Notes under the pieces: model-generated
Database searches by the model: none
Seen by the model: the letters and a program-made list of their open reading frames with translations, nothing else
What the model was told of the DNA's origin: nothing
NCBI GenBank assembly: GCA_965198005.1
Contig: CBDAOI010000001.1
Location: forward strand, 192,001 to 256,000
Source: Spirochaetia bacterium
GTDB taxonomy: Bacteria; Spirochaetota; Spirochaetia; SZUA-6; Bin103
Reading direction: 5' to 3'
DNA: 64,000 bases
Made by a program: the position numbers and the translations under genes
Shown: positions 10,238-19,043 of the stretch, one piece after another
How positions within the stretch are numbered: the first letter of the stretch is position 1
Layout: each line of letters opens with the position of its first letter

Positions 10238-10453
10238 ACTCCTCACCATAAGCAAGCGCGCCGCGAGCTGATTTTCAGCAAATCTCGGCGAGCGGCTGTC
10301 AGGGGAACAGAGTGTCATAAGCGTTGACGTGTTATAAGTCACTCAAGCCCTCCGCAGGTGAGGCACAGCCATACCCAGATGTAGTCGCGATGTCGCGATT
10401 GACTGCATCCCACCCTATCATAACCTCCGCTCCCGTGGACGTCAACCACGAAT
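10238..10453 (-). repeat. conserved non-coding promoter/leader element 'R2' (copy at ~35753-35961)
   Basis: about 210 bp of high identity with no convincing ORF. Confidence 0.85.
10417..10445 (-). promoter_or_regulatory. sigma70-like promoter TTGACG-17-TATGAT
   Basis: near-consensus boxes with ideal spacing; conserved in the second copy. Confidence 0.7.
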
Positions 10454-10517
10454 GATGGCCTGAAGAGACAGTCTGGGGGGCCCACCATTTGCCAACCCCC
10501 GCCGCGAAAGGATTTCC

Positions 10518-10533
10518 GGGGGGGGGGGGGGGG
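10518..10533 (+). repeat. poly-G tract (G16)
   Basis: direct read. Confidence 0.9.
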
Positions 10534-10635
10534 ATGGGCAAGGGTAGGACACGCCGGCTGCGCTGCCGCTAACCGGTGGCAGCGCTGAGTAGCGTTTTCA
10601 GCCATCTTTTGCATCCGTTCAAACCTGAGACTCTT

Positions 10636-10664
10636 AGTATACCACCTCTGCGGCAACCAATCAA
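10636..10664 (-). promoter_or_regulatory. sigma70-like promoter TTGATT-17-TATACT (extended -10)
   Basis: near consensus; the downstream AACCGGTGGCAGCGCTGAGTAG is shared with 47031. Confidence 0.6.
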
Positions 10665-11078
10665 CAGAAAAAAACAGGCGAATTGAAGGTTTCTTGAGAT
10701 TTCTTTCAGGCAGCCGCGGCAGCCGAGAGCCCCTCGCGGCGCCGACTCGGGCGCATCGCCCCTCCGGAGCCGTCATTCGCCGGCGATGTGGCCGTCCCCA
10801 GGCCGTTCACCGTCCACGTCGGCCTCACAGCGGCCCGCCGCTGAGGGCCTTCCAGCCCCTCGGGGGTAAGCCTGGGGTACCCCCTGCAACACCCGTCAAC
10901 GCCGATTCCCGGCACCGCTGGCTCCGTATTGACCGCGCCGCCACCGCCCGCAGCCCAGCCTGGTCGGGTCGCAGCCACCTCCAGGACCAGCTACAGGAGT
11001 CTGTCGGATTGCGACAGACTCCTAGCGGTCGGACGGGATGGGCCAAAAGCGGCGCCCCGGCGGTTTTGGGGCGCTAGG

Positions 11079-11333
11079 CGACGGCAGACCTCCTCGAGCG
11101 TCAAGCCGCCGCTCCGTCAGTCGCCGCGCGCGGGGGGAATGGGCCGTTGCTGCGGCCGTCGCGGCGCTCCGGAGGTGCAACCGCGAGCCGCTCGTCGGTT
11201 GAGTTCGAGGCTGCTCGGACAGGAGCGGCAGCACGAGCGCCGCCGCGGCGACGATCTCGGCACTCGGACCCGTTCAGGGCCGGCATTCACCGCCGATTGG
11301 CCGGCCCCCTGAGGGCCTTCCAAACCCAGGGAG
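11079..11333. repeat. ~255-290 bp direct repeat, copy 1 (copy 2 at 12379-12670)
   Basis: cgacggcagacctcctcgagcg…ccttccaaacccagggag flanks the IS1634 remnant. Confidence 0.9.
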
Positions 11334-12375
11334 GTGCTCACCGGGGCGCGCATCCGTGAAGACCTGCAGGGCGTCGACGGGCTGCGCTGGATCACGACCT
11401 TGCGCGTGCCTACCATCCGCAAGCTGATTGCGAACGGTCAGGTGGCGCAGTCGATGTTCGACCAGCGTGATCTGGCCGAGATCAGCTCACCCGACTTCCC
11501 CCGCGAGCGGCTGATCGTGTGCCGCAACCCGGTGTTGGCTGACCAACGCCACCGCAAGCGGCTGGAGTTGCTGGCCGCCACCGAGGACAAGCTGGCCCCC
11601 ATCGTGAGAGCCACGCAGCGTGCCAAAGATCCGCTGCGCGGCGCCGCTGAGATCGGTATGCGGGTGGGCAAGGTGATCAATCAGCACAAGGTGAGCAAGC
11701 ATTTCATCACCACGATCACTGAGGACTCATTCACCTATGAACGTGACCTCGAGAAGATCGCTGCCGAAGAAGAACTGGACGGGCTGTACATCGTCCGCTC
11801 CAACGTCGAGCCGGAGTTGTTCGACGCCGATCAGACGGTACGCGCGTACAAGGACCTGTCCAAGGTAGAGCGCGCCTTCCGCAGTATGAAGACGGTGGAT
11901 CTGAAGGTGCGCCCGATCTACCACCGGCGCGCTGACCGGGTACGGGCGCACGTACTGTTGTGCATGCTGGCCTACTACGTGGAGTGGCACATGCGCAGCG
12001 AGTTGGCGCCGGTGCTGTTCGATGACCACGATCCGGAGGCGGCACAGCAGCAACGGTCATCGGTGGTGCGACCGGCACAGCGGTCGCCCCGGCGGCACAG
12101 AAGAAGGCGGCCAGGAAGCGCACCGCTGACGATCTGCCGGTGCACAGTTTTCGCAGCCTGATGAACGACTTGGGGACTCTGACGGTCAACAAGATGCAAC
12201 TTGCCAAGGCAGGGAGCACGTTCTTGCTGCCGACGCAGCCGACACCGGTGCAGCAGCGCTGCTTCGAGCTACTGGGGGTATCGCCCCGGATGTAGCCACG
12301 CACGGCACATGCCATTTTGAGCGTAACTATATGACCCCTCGTGACTTACCAAGCATTTGGCTCTGGAACTTCGGG
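11334..12375 (+). mobile_element. IS1634-family transposase remnant (5'-truncated, frameshift near 12090) with right end
   Basis: RLIVCRNP…LDGLYIVRSN…YKDLSKVERAFRSMKTVDLKVRPIYH…VRAHVLLCMLAYY; ends …GGAACTTCGGG. Confidence 0.8.
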
Positions 12376-12670
12376 CTACGACGGCAGACCTCCTCGAGCG
12401 TCGAGCCGCTGCTCCGTCAGTCGCCGCACGCGGGGGGAGGGGCCGTTGCTGCGGCCGTCGCGGCGCTCCGGAGGTGCAACCGCGAGCCGCTCGTCGGTTG
12501 AGTTCGAGGCTGCTCGGACAGGAGCGGCAGCACGAGCGCCGCCGCGGCGACGATCTCGGCACTCGGACCCGTTCAGGGCCGGCATTCACCGCCGATTGGC
12601 CGGCAGCGGGCCGCTCGGCGTCCGAGTCGGCCTCATAGCGGCCCCCTGACGGCCTTCCAAACCCAGGGAG

Positions 12671-14586
12671 GGCGCGGTAGGAACGCCGGTTACCCGGCGC
12701 CCCCCGCACAGATCCGGACGTGGTCGTTAAACCATCCGGCTCCTACCTTCGGTGGTTGACGGCAAATCGCCGGTCCGGCCATGAGTGTACGATTCGGGGT
12801 TGGGGCCACAGCTTGATGCTGATCGCCAGCATCCAAGCCCAGGAGAATCGGTCCTTCTGGGACCTCCGGCGTAGAATCTTTACCCAGATTCCTCGCAGAC
12901 GCCACACGAATCGGTGCAGATAGCGGTAGCTGGTGGGTACCGCGTAGTAGTTGAGCCATCCGCGCAGTACCCGTCCCAGCCAGCGCCCGGTTTCCATCAC
13001 GTCATCATGCATTCGTCTGCGGAGCTCGATCTTGATCCTCTTCAGCGTACGATTCATCCGCTTCCGAATTGGCTTCCGCCCCAGCCCGAAGCGTCCTTTC
13101 CTGTCCTTCCTGCAATAATGCGTGAAACCCAGAAAGTCGAACGTCTCCGGTCGCCCTTCCCCACGTGCTCGGCGGTTCCTTTCGGCATACCGTCCAAACT
13201 CGAGGAGTCGGGTCTTGTCGGCGTTCAGTTCCAGCTCGAAGCCTCTGAATCGCTCCTTCAGTTCCCGCAGGAAGCGTTCCGCATCGTCACGATGCTCGAA
13301 CCCGGCGACATAGTCATCTGCGTAGCGCACTATGATCATGTCTCCGCGCGCCTCCTGCGGCCGCCACTTCTTGGTGACCCACAGGTCCAACACGTAGTGC
13401 AAGTATATATTCGCGAGCATCGGTGAAATCACCGACCCTTGCGCTGTACCCCGCCCCGCGTCGATCTGTCGGCCTTCTTCCAGTACCCCAGCGCGCAGCC
13501 ACTTCTTTATCAGCCGCAGCACCCGCCGATCTCCAATCCGATGCTCCAGGAATCTGATCAACCAGTCCCGCGAGATCGTGTCGAAGTAGGCGCGAATGTC
13601 CGCGTCCAATATCCAGTTCACTTCGCGCCGTTCGATGGCGTAGGCCAGTGCGTCCAACGCATCGTGTGCCCCGCGCCCCGGTCGAAACCCATAGCTGATC
13701 CCGAGAAATTCCTCCTCATAGATCGGTGTCAGGATCACATCCACCACGGCCTTCTGGACGATCTTGTCCTCCAGCGCGGCCACCCCCAGCGGTCGTGTGC
13801 CTCCGTCCGGCTTGTCGATGTTGACCCGCCGTACCGGGGTCGCTCGGTACGCTCCTGTGTGTACTCGCCGGTGCAGGTCGTGCAAGCGCACTTCCAACCC
13901 CGTCTCGTACTCCCGCCACGTCATCCCGTCCACCCCCGGGGCCGCTTCACGCTTCAGCGCGTAATAGGCCACCCGCAGCGCTTCCGGCGTCACGTGGTGC
14001 AGCAGCGCAGTGAGTTTCTCCTGCGGTTCTCTCTTTACGAATTGCCGTATCCGCTCGGCCGCCTGTGTCACGGTTGCCCGACTCTGCGTCCGGCCCGTGC
14101 TTTGACCTTGCGAATTCCCGTTGGTCATGGGCCTTCGCTCCACCGTCTCCGCAGTCGCTTGCGCTCCCTTGTTCGCCGGCTTCGCCGCTACTATGCCCAT
14201 GTCCGACTCCTTCGGGTCGTTCATCTTTGGTCCAGCCTCACGCCTTCCCTCCGCGGTCCCGGCGACGACTCGCCGGGACGACCCGAAGACCTCCCAGGTC
14301 CCGGTATATGACGTACGCACGTGCCTGAGTTCTTCGACGCCGTGGAGCCCGGTCGATCCTCACCATACTGGCTCGACCGGTGTTGCCTTCGACCGAGTAC
14401 AGAGTCTCGGCACTCCAGATGTCGTATTTTGCGGCGCTCCATAACTCTGCCCGCACGCACCGCTGCCGACGCTTCGCCTGCACCCTCGCAGGTGCCAACG
14501 CACGGCTCGCGGAGAAACGTGGATTGGCTGCTCCTTCGTTCCGAGGGACTTTCACCCTCTGTCATATGCCAGTTTGCCTGGCGCTC
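12671..14586 (-). mobile_element. group II intron (bacterial class D/E-like, no En domain)
   Basis: 5' GAGCGCCAGGCAAACTGGC…; DV GAGCCGGATG…CACGTCCGGATC with AGC triad; DVI …CCTACCGCGCC; the joined flanks rebuild a repeat homologous to 10822-10920. Confidence 0.85.
12743..14071 (-). CDS. ltrA: group II intron reverse transcriptase/maturase
   Basis: APGVDG, KPDGGTRPLG, GFRPGR, DADIRAYFD, QGSVISPMLANIYLH, RYADD, FDFLGF, GWLNYY; GTG start inferred (the ORF track extends to 14320). Confidence 0.93.
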   Translation of the reverse strand: MTQAAERIRQFVKREPQEKLTALLHHVTPEALRVAYYALKREAAPGVDGMTWREYETGLEVRLHDLHRRVHTGAYRATPVRRVNIDKPDGGTRPLGVAALEDKIVQKAVVDVILTPIYEEEFLGISYGFRPGRGAHDALDALAYAIERREVNWILDADIRAYFDTISRDWLIRFLEHRIGDRRVLRLIKKWLRAGVLEEGRQIDAGRGTAQGSVISPMLANIYLHYVLDLWVTKKWRPQEARGDMIIVRYADDYVAGFEHRDDAERFLRELKERFRGFELELNADKTRLLEFGRYAERNRRARGEGRPETFDFLGFTHYCRKDRKGRFGLGRKPIRKRMNRTLKRIKIELRRRMHDDVMETGRWLGRVLRGWLNYYAVPTSYRYLHRFVWRLRGIWVKILRRRSQKDRFSWAWMLAISIKLWPQPRIVHSWPDRRFAVNHRR

Positions 14587-14786
14587 ATACCCCAGGGCAC
14601 CCCCCGGAATCCCGCAAGTGCCCGTCAAAGCCGTTTCCCACCACCGCTGACACCGCTGACACCGCTGACACGCCGCGCGGTCCGCCACCCGGCTCCCGTG
14701 TGCCACCTCGAACATCAATCCGAGACCGGCACTGATCAGCGCTTGCAGGTCAGGAACGACGTGAGGTGCGGGCTGCAGAGCCCCCC

Positions 14787-15074
14787 TCAGTCGCGCCCAT
14801 ACCCGCGCGGCGGCTCGACGCTCTCCAGTTCGGCAAGATCAAGCCCGCACATCGCCTCCAGCCGCTGTGCGAGCGCGGACTCCTGGAGACTGTCGGGCAA
14901 GTGGTCGAGCCACGCTTGATACTCACCCTGGAGGTCAAGCAGGGTGCGTACCGCATGCTGCCAACGCTGCGGTCGGGACCTGCGGTCTTGCGGCCTGCGG
15001 TACTGCACCCGGGGCTGCGCTGCCTTGCGGCGCTCTCGATAGCGCCGTTGTCGTTCCGCGTTACTTACCGCCAC
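14787..15074 (-). CDS. small hypothetical protein
   Basis: MAVSNAERQRRYRERRK…YQAWLDHLPDSLQES…PPRGYGRD; reads like a real small protein. Confidence 0.65.
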   Translation of the reverse strand: MAVSNAERQRRYRERRKAAQPRVQYRRPQDRRSRPQRWQHAVRTLLDLQGEYQAWLDHLPDSLQESALAQRLEAMCGLDLAELESVEPPRGYGRD

Positions 15075-15213
15075 TGCTCTACTTCCCGTTACGCTCCGTT
15101 ACGTAACAGGTTCGGATTATCCGTGCACCGGTGCCGGTTCGCGCCGCGCAGTCTCCGGTCGCTCCCGTGAGCGGCGGGGACGACGCTTCCCGCGCCCGGC
15201 CCACCTTCCCCCA

Positions 15214-16476
15214 TCAGGCGGTCAGCGGTCGCGGAGCCCGGTGCTGTGGATCAAACTGCGTGCGGTCACGCAGCATCGCGCACGCCACCGCGAGCAACCG
15301 GTCCGCGACCGTACGCAGCGCCCGGCCATGGCGCTGCCCGCGCGCGCGCAGCGCCGCATACCGCTCCCGACTCACCGGATCGTGCTGGATCGCCACCCGC
15401 GCCCAGTGATACATCGCGTTGCTCAGCCGCTGGTTGCAGGCACGGCGCATGCTCACCTGGCAACTCTTCCCCGACCGCTTGGTCACCGGCGCCACCCCGG
15501 TCAGAATCCGCAACCTGTGGTAGTCTCGCTCAGCCAGCAACTGTGAGGCCTCCGCGAACAGCGTGGCGAGCACGATCCGACCGACACCGGGCATCGAACG
15601 CAGGATGACGGCGTCACGCTGCTCTTCTGGTTCACCCGAGTCGTCGGCGGCCACAATCTCGGCCAGCAGTTCGTCGAGCCGGCTGTGCGCCTGTTTGAGT
15701 TGCTGGTCGACCAGCTTCAGCCGGGCGATGACGCTCGCGATGTGCGCCGTAGCCGCCGCTATCGTCCCGCGGCCCACCTCAAGCGGCTGCTGCCGCAGGA
15801 TGCGCAGCACACCGGCAGCAGCGTGGCGCCGGATGCGGTTGCGCTTCAGGATGGCCGCGACCGACGCCTTCCGGACCCGCGCTGCCTCCGCCGGCGTCGA
15901 AGCCTTCTCCCACAACTCCAGAACCCAGCCCGCGCCGAGGTCACCGCCCAGCTCGATCATCTGCGGGTAGTAGCGGCGCAGTTGCTCGCGCATGCGATTG
16001 ATCAGCCCGTTGCGTTCCTCCTGCAACTCGGCAGTCAGGCGCGACCATTCCCGCAACTCGATCACCGGCGGTGCCTGCACCTGCAACTGACGAAAGCTGC
16101 GTCGGTCGGTGCGCAGCGAGTCTGCCAACACCCGCGCGTCGCGCCGGTCATCCTTGGCGCCGGCCACCGTAAACCGGTCACGAAATCGATCCAGCTGCTT
16201 CGGATTGATCGCGTACACCTGCACCTCCCGCTCCAGCAGCATCTCGACCACCGCGCCATGCGGCACCTCGATCCCCGCGTGCACGCGCTCCGGGTGCCCG
16301 CCGGATAGCTCGTGCAACCACGCGCACAAGTCGGCGATGCCGGCGCCGCTATGGGCCACCTGCCGTTCCGCGACCACCGCGCCGTCATCCTCAAGCACAC
16401 AAATCTGATGTTGCTGGGTCGCCCAATCGATACCCACGAACCACTGTTCGGTCTGTTCGGTCTGTTCGGTTGACAT
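15214..16476 (-). CDS. IS110-family transposase / bridge recombinase
   Basis: WFVGIDWA (DEDD RuvC-like), KDDRRDARVLA, SMPGVG, GVAPVTKRSG (Tnp serine loop). Confidence 0.93.
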   Translation of the reverse strand: MSTEQTEQTEQWFVGIDWATQQHQICVLEDDGAVVAERQVAHSGAGIADLCAWLHELSGGHPERVHAGIEVPHGAVVEMLLEREVQVYAINPKQLDRFRDRFTVAGAKDDRRDARVLADSLRTDRRSFRQLQVQAPPVIELREWSRLTAELQEERNGLINRMREQLRRYYPQMIELGGDLGAGWVLELWEKASTPAEAARVRKASVAAILKRNRIRRHAAAGVLRILRQQPLEVGRGTIAAATAHIASVIARLKLVDQQLKQAHSRLDELLAEIVAADDSGEPEEQRDAVILRSMPGVGRIVLATLFAEASQLLAERDYHRLRILTGVAPVTKRSGKSCQVSMRRACNQRLSNAMYHWARVAIQHDPVSRERYAALRARGQRHGRALRTVADRLLAVACAMLRDRTQFDPQHRAPRPLTA

Positions 16477-16479
16477 CCT

Positions 16480-16760
16480 GTCACCTCCCGAGATTGTGGA
16501 GCTCGGCTGCCACGATGTCGTTCCACCCCTGTACTGGTGCTCCGGTGCTCCGGTGCTCCTGCCTGTCATCGTACCGGGGCACATGCACCTTCCCACCTGG
16601 CACTACTCCTCACTGGGTATCCATCGCGGCACTCCTACCGGGGCACATGTCCCCCCCGGGCGCTCTACGGCGCGGGGGGCTCAAGGTTGCTCCCGGTAGG
16701 CTGCCTTGCCCGCCTGGGATTCTAGCAGTCCCTGGCGAACTATCTAATCTCTATAAAGGG
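16480..16760 (-). ncRNA. candidate IS110 bridge RNA (left non-coding end)
   Basis: about 280 nt non-coding stretch upstream of the IS110 gene, with a twice-repeated CATGTGCCCCGGTA motif consistent with two related loops. Confidence 0.55.
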
Positions 16761-16789
16761 TACAGGGGGTATGATGCACCGGTCGCGTC

Positions 16790-17445
16790 ACAGCGAACCG
16801 GTCACTGCGCTGCCTGTCATCGTGACGCTTCATGACCATCCGTCGAACCCCAAGTGAGGCACGCTAGCATAGGCGCGGCGCGCCGTCAACGACTCGTGGG
16901 GGTCACCGGGGTGAGCGAAGGTCACCGGCAACCCGTCACTGCGCTGACTGTCATCATGGCGCTTCATCGGCATCCGTCGCCCCAAGCCAAGCACGCTAGC
17001 ATAGGCGCGGCGCGCCTGTCAACGACTCGGCGGTCACCGAACGTCACCGCCAACCGGTCACTGCGCTGACTGTCGTCATGGCGCGTCATCATCGATCCGT
17101 CGAACCCCAAGCGAGGCAAGCTTGCTATGGACGCGACCACCCTGTCAACGACTCGGACGTCACCGAGGTCACCGACCGTGACCGCCAACCGGCCACTGCG
17201 CTGGCTGTCGTCATGGCGCTCGATCCGCATCTGATCAACCCGAATCACCATCTTCCACGGGCGACTCAGAAAAAGTCAACAGCGATTCTGGCCTGGTGCA
17301 CCTTGCCACGCCAAGCTCTGTGATCGGCTGAACTTGCGCACCTCAGCCCTTCACTGCGCTGGCGGTCGTCGTGGCGCATCATCCGCATTCGCCGAACTCC
17401 TAACGGTGCACTCTCTCGCGAGCGCGGCCACCCTGTCAACAGCGC
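16790..17445 (-). repeat. tandem array of five ~120-160 bp diverged units, each with a -35-like box
   Basis: cactgcgctg anchors at 16803, 16937, 17059, 17194, 17352; TTGACN on the minus strand at 16884, 17017, 17143, 17274, 17434. Confidence 0.8.
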
Positions 17446-17902
17446 CGACCCGTGGATCCCGTGGACCCGTGGACCCGTGGACCCGTGGCTGTGCGCGAAC
17501 GAAGTTCGCGCCGGAGACCGGCACGTCCCGCGGTATCACACCGGGTGAACGGTGACCTCCACCCGTGGCGCCATCCCTGGCCCCCCGGGTGGCATGCAGC
17601 TCCCGGCCCGCCTGGAGCGATGGAAGGACGCTCAGAAGGAGAGGGGCGAGAGGTTCCAGGGTTTCGATTCGGTTGTCGTGGACAACGAGGACGGCGACGG
17701 CGACCGGAAACCGGCCGAGGTTTTGCTGGTGTTGGAGGTTCTGGTCAACGGTGACGAACACATCGAACTCGGTCGCAGCCCTGCGGAGCAGCTCGCCGTT
17801 GCGGACGCCTGCCCAGCCCTTCCGTGGCACGGTCTGCACCTCAAGGCCTTCCAGGAGCCGAGCACACTGACGCGGGACCGACTCATTGAGCAGAATGTGC
17901 AC
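17351..17902 (-). CDS. DUF5615 PIN-like toxin (3' end reads through into repeat DNA)
   Basis: MHILLNESVP…GWAGVRNGELL…FDVFVTVDQNLQHQQN; the usual Asp appears as Asn (LLNE). Confidence 0.75.
   Translation of the reverse strand: MHILLNESVPRQCARLLEGLEVQTVPRKGWAGVRNGELLRRAATEFDVFVTVDQNLQHQQNLGRFPVAVAVLVVHDNRIETLEPLAPLLLSVLPSLQAGRELHATRGARDGATGGGHRSPGVIPRDVPVSGANFVRAQPRVHGSTGPRDPRVGAVDRVAALARECTVRSSANADDAPRRPPAQ
17551..17610. repeat. ~60-bp imperfect inverted repeat, partner at 18981-19049
   Basis: ggtgacctccacccgtggcg…gggtggcatgcagctccc matches the reverse complement of 18981-19049. Confidence 0.7.
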
Positions 17903-18110
17903 GGTCTATGAGCAGTTCGCCGGCAAGCTCGAGCACCTCCTTGGCCTGTCGGCGGGACACCGAGGGGAAGGAATCGAGGAACTTGTCCAGGCTGTCGCCG
18001 GCTTCGAGATGGTCCCACAGACTCTGGACGCGTACCCGTGTGCCGGCGAATACGGGCGTTCCTGACATGATCTCTGAGTCCTGGATAACCAAGCCGGAGA
18101 GGCTACGCAT
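17883..18110 (-). CDS. DUF433 antitoxin
   Basis: DSEIMSGTPVFAGTRVRVQSLWDHLEAGDSLDKFLDSFPSV. Confidence 0.88.
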   Translation of the reverse strand: MRSLSGLVIQDSEIMSGTPVFAGTRVRVQSLWDHLEAGDSLDKFLDSFPSVSRRQAKEVLELAGELLIDRAHSAQ

Positions 18111-18470
18111 CTGTGCTGGCTCCCTTGATACGAGGATAAGGCAATCTCGGTGTTGGTGGAAGAAGAACGTTGACCGCTCTGAGGTTTCAGATCCACCGCA
18201 CGGGAACAGCGATTGCGGACTCTGCCGCGGCCGATGAAGCGGCGACGCCACCGTGATCCGCGCCGGCACCAGCGGCCAACCGTCACTAGCGGTGCGCCCG
18301 CGGCATCAGCACAATGGCGATACCTGCGATCCGGCAAAAGGGCCCACTGGCCGATTCAGAACGTGTCCGAAGGCCCCTTCGGCGCGGGCAGGCCGCGTCT
18401 CGGCGATCACCTGGCAGAGTCGCGGCCGCCGTTCAGACGAATGCTCCCCCATCACCGATTGTACGTGAGC

Positions 18471-18499
18471 TCAACAGTGTGTAGTATACACACTGTTGA
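18471..18499. promoter_or_regulatory. perfect 13-bp inverted repeat overlapping a TTGTAC-17-TAGTAT promoter (hicAB operator-like)
   Basis: TCAACAGTGTGTA-gta-TACACACTGTTGA directly before the hicA remnant. Confidence 0.65.
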
Positions 18500-18502
18500 A
18501 AA

Positions 18503-18625
18503 GTCACGGTGCCCCACCCTAACGCGGATCTGCCCATCGGTACGCTGAAGAGCATCTTTCGCCAGGCTGGGTGGGACTGGAGAGAACGACGAACTACCCG
18601 GTCGTGATCCACAAGGATACGGAAA
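18503..18625 (+). pseudogene. hicA C-terminal and hicB N-terminal remnant
   Basis: manual translation VTVPHPNADLPIGTLKSIFRQAGW followed by NYPVVIHKD. Confidence 0.7.
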
Positions 18626-19043
18626 TGCAGCTCCCTCCGGACGCGCCCCAAGCTGTCCAGAGCACAGCCGCTGTGCACAGGGCAGCCGCACGCTTGTCCT
18701 CCATGGCGCGGGAACGCCTGTGTCTGTGCGGGCGGCGCATTGCGTCTGACCGGGCCCAGGAACGGACGACGCGTCAGTCGTGTGATGAGGTACCTGTACA
18801 CTTCGCCGACTGGGTCTGCGGTGCCCGATGATGCGCCGACACTACGATGCCAGGCGCCGCCTCGAGCTGACCGGCCAGGTCACACCCATGCACAGCCCGG
18901 CGCTGGCTGACCTGGTCGGGCGCGTTCCGGGCGCGCCTCCGGAGCAGCCAACGGGCTCCCAGCCCACGACGTCCCTGTCGCGGTCTGGGAGCTGCATGCC
19001 ACCCGTCGCGCCACGGATGGTGCCACGGTGCCACGGTTGGAGA

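Noticed and set aside
12743-14320. DGR, retron or defence RT explaining SBP diversity
   Set aside because: The RT has group II intron motifs, a maturase domain and flanking DV/DVI; I saw no TR/VR pair with adenine-specific differences.
17449-17487. Short tandem repeats (cccgtgga[c/t] x4; also accgctgac x3 at 14643 and actag repeats at 60271)
   Set aside because: Real but tiny slippage repeats with no evident function.
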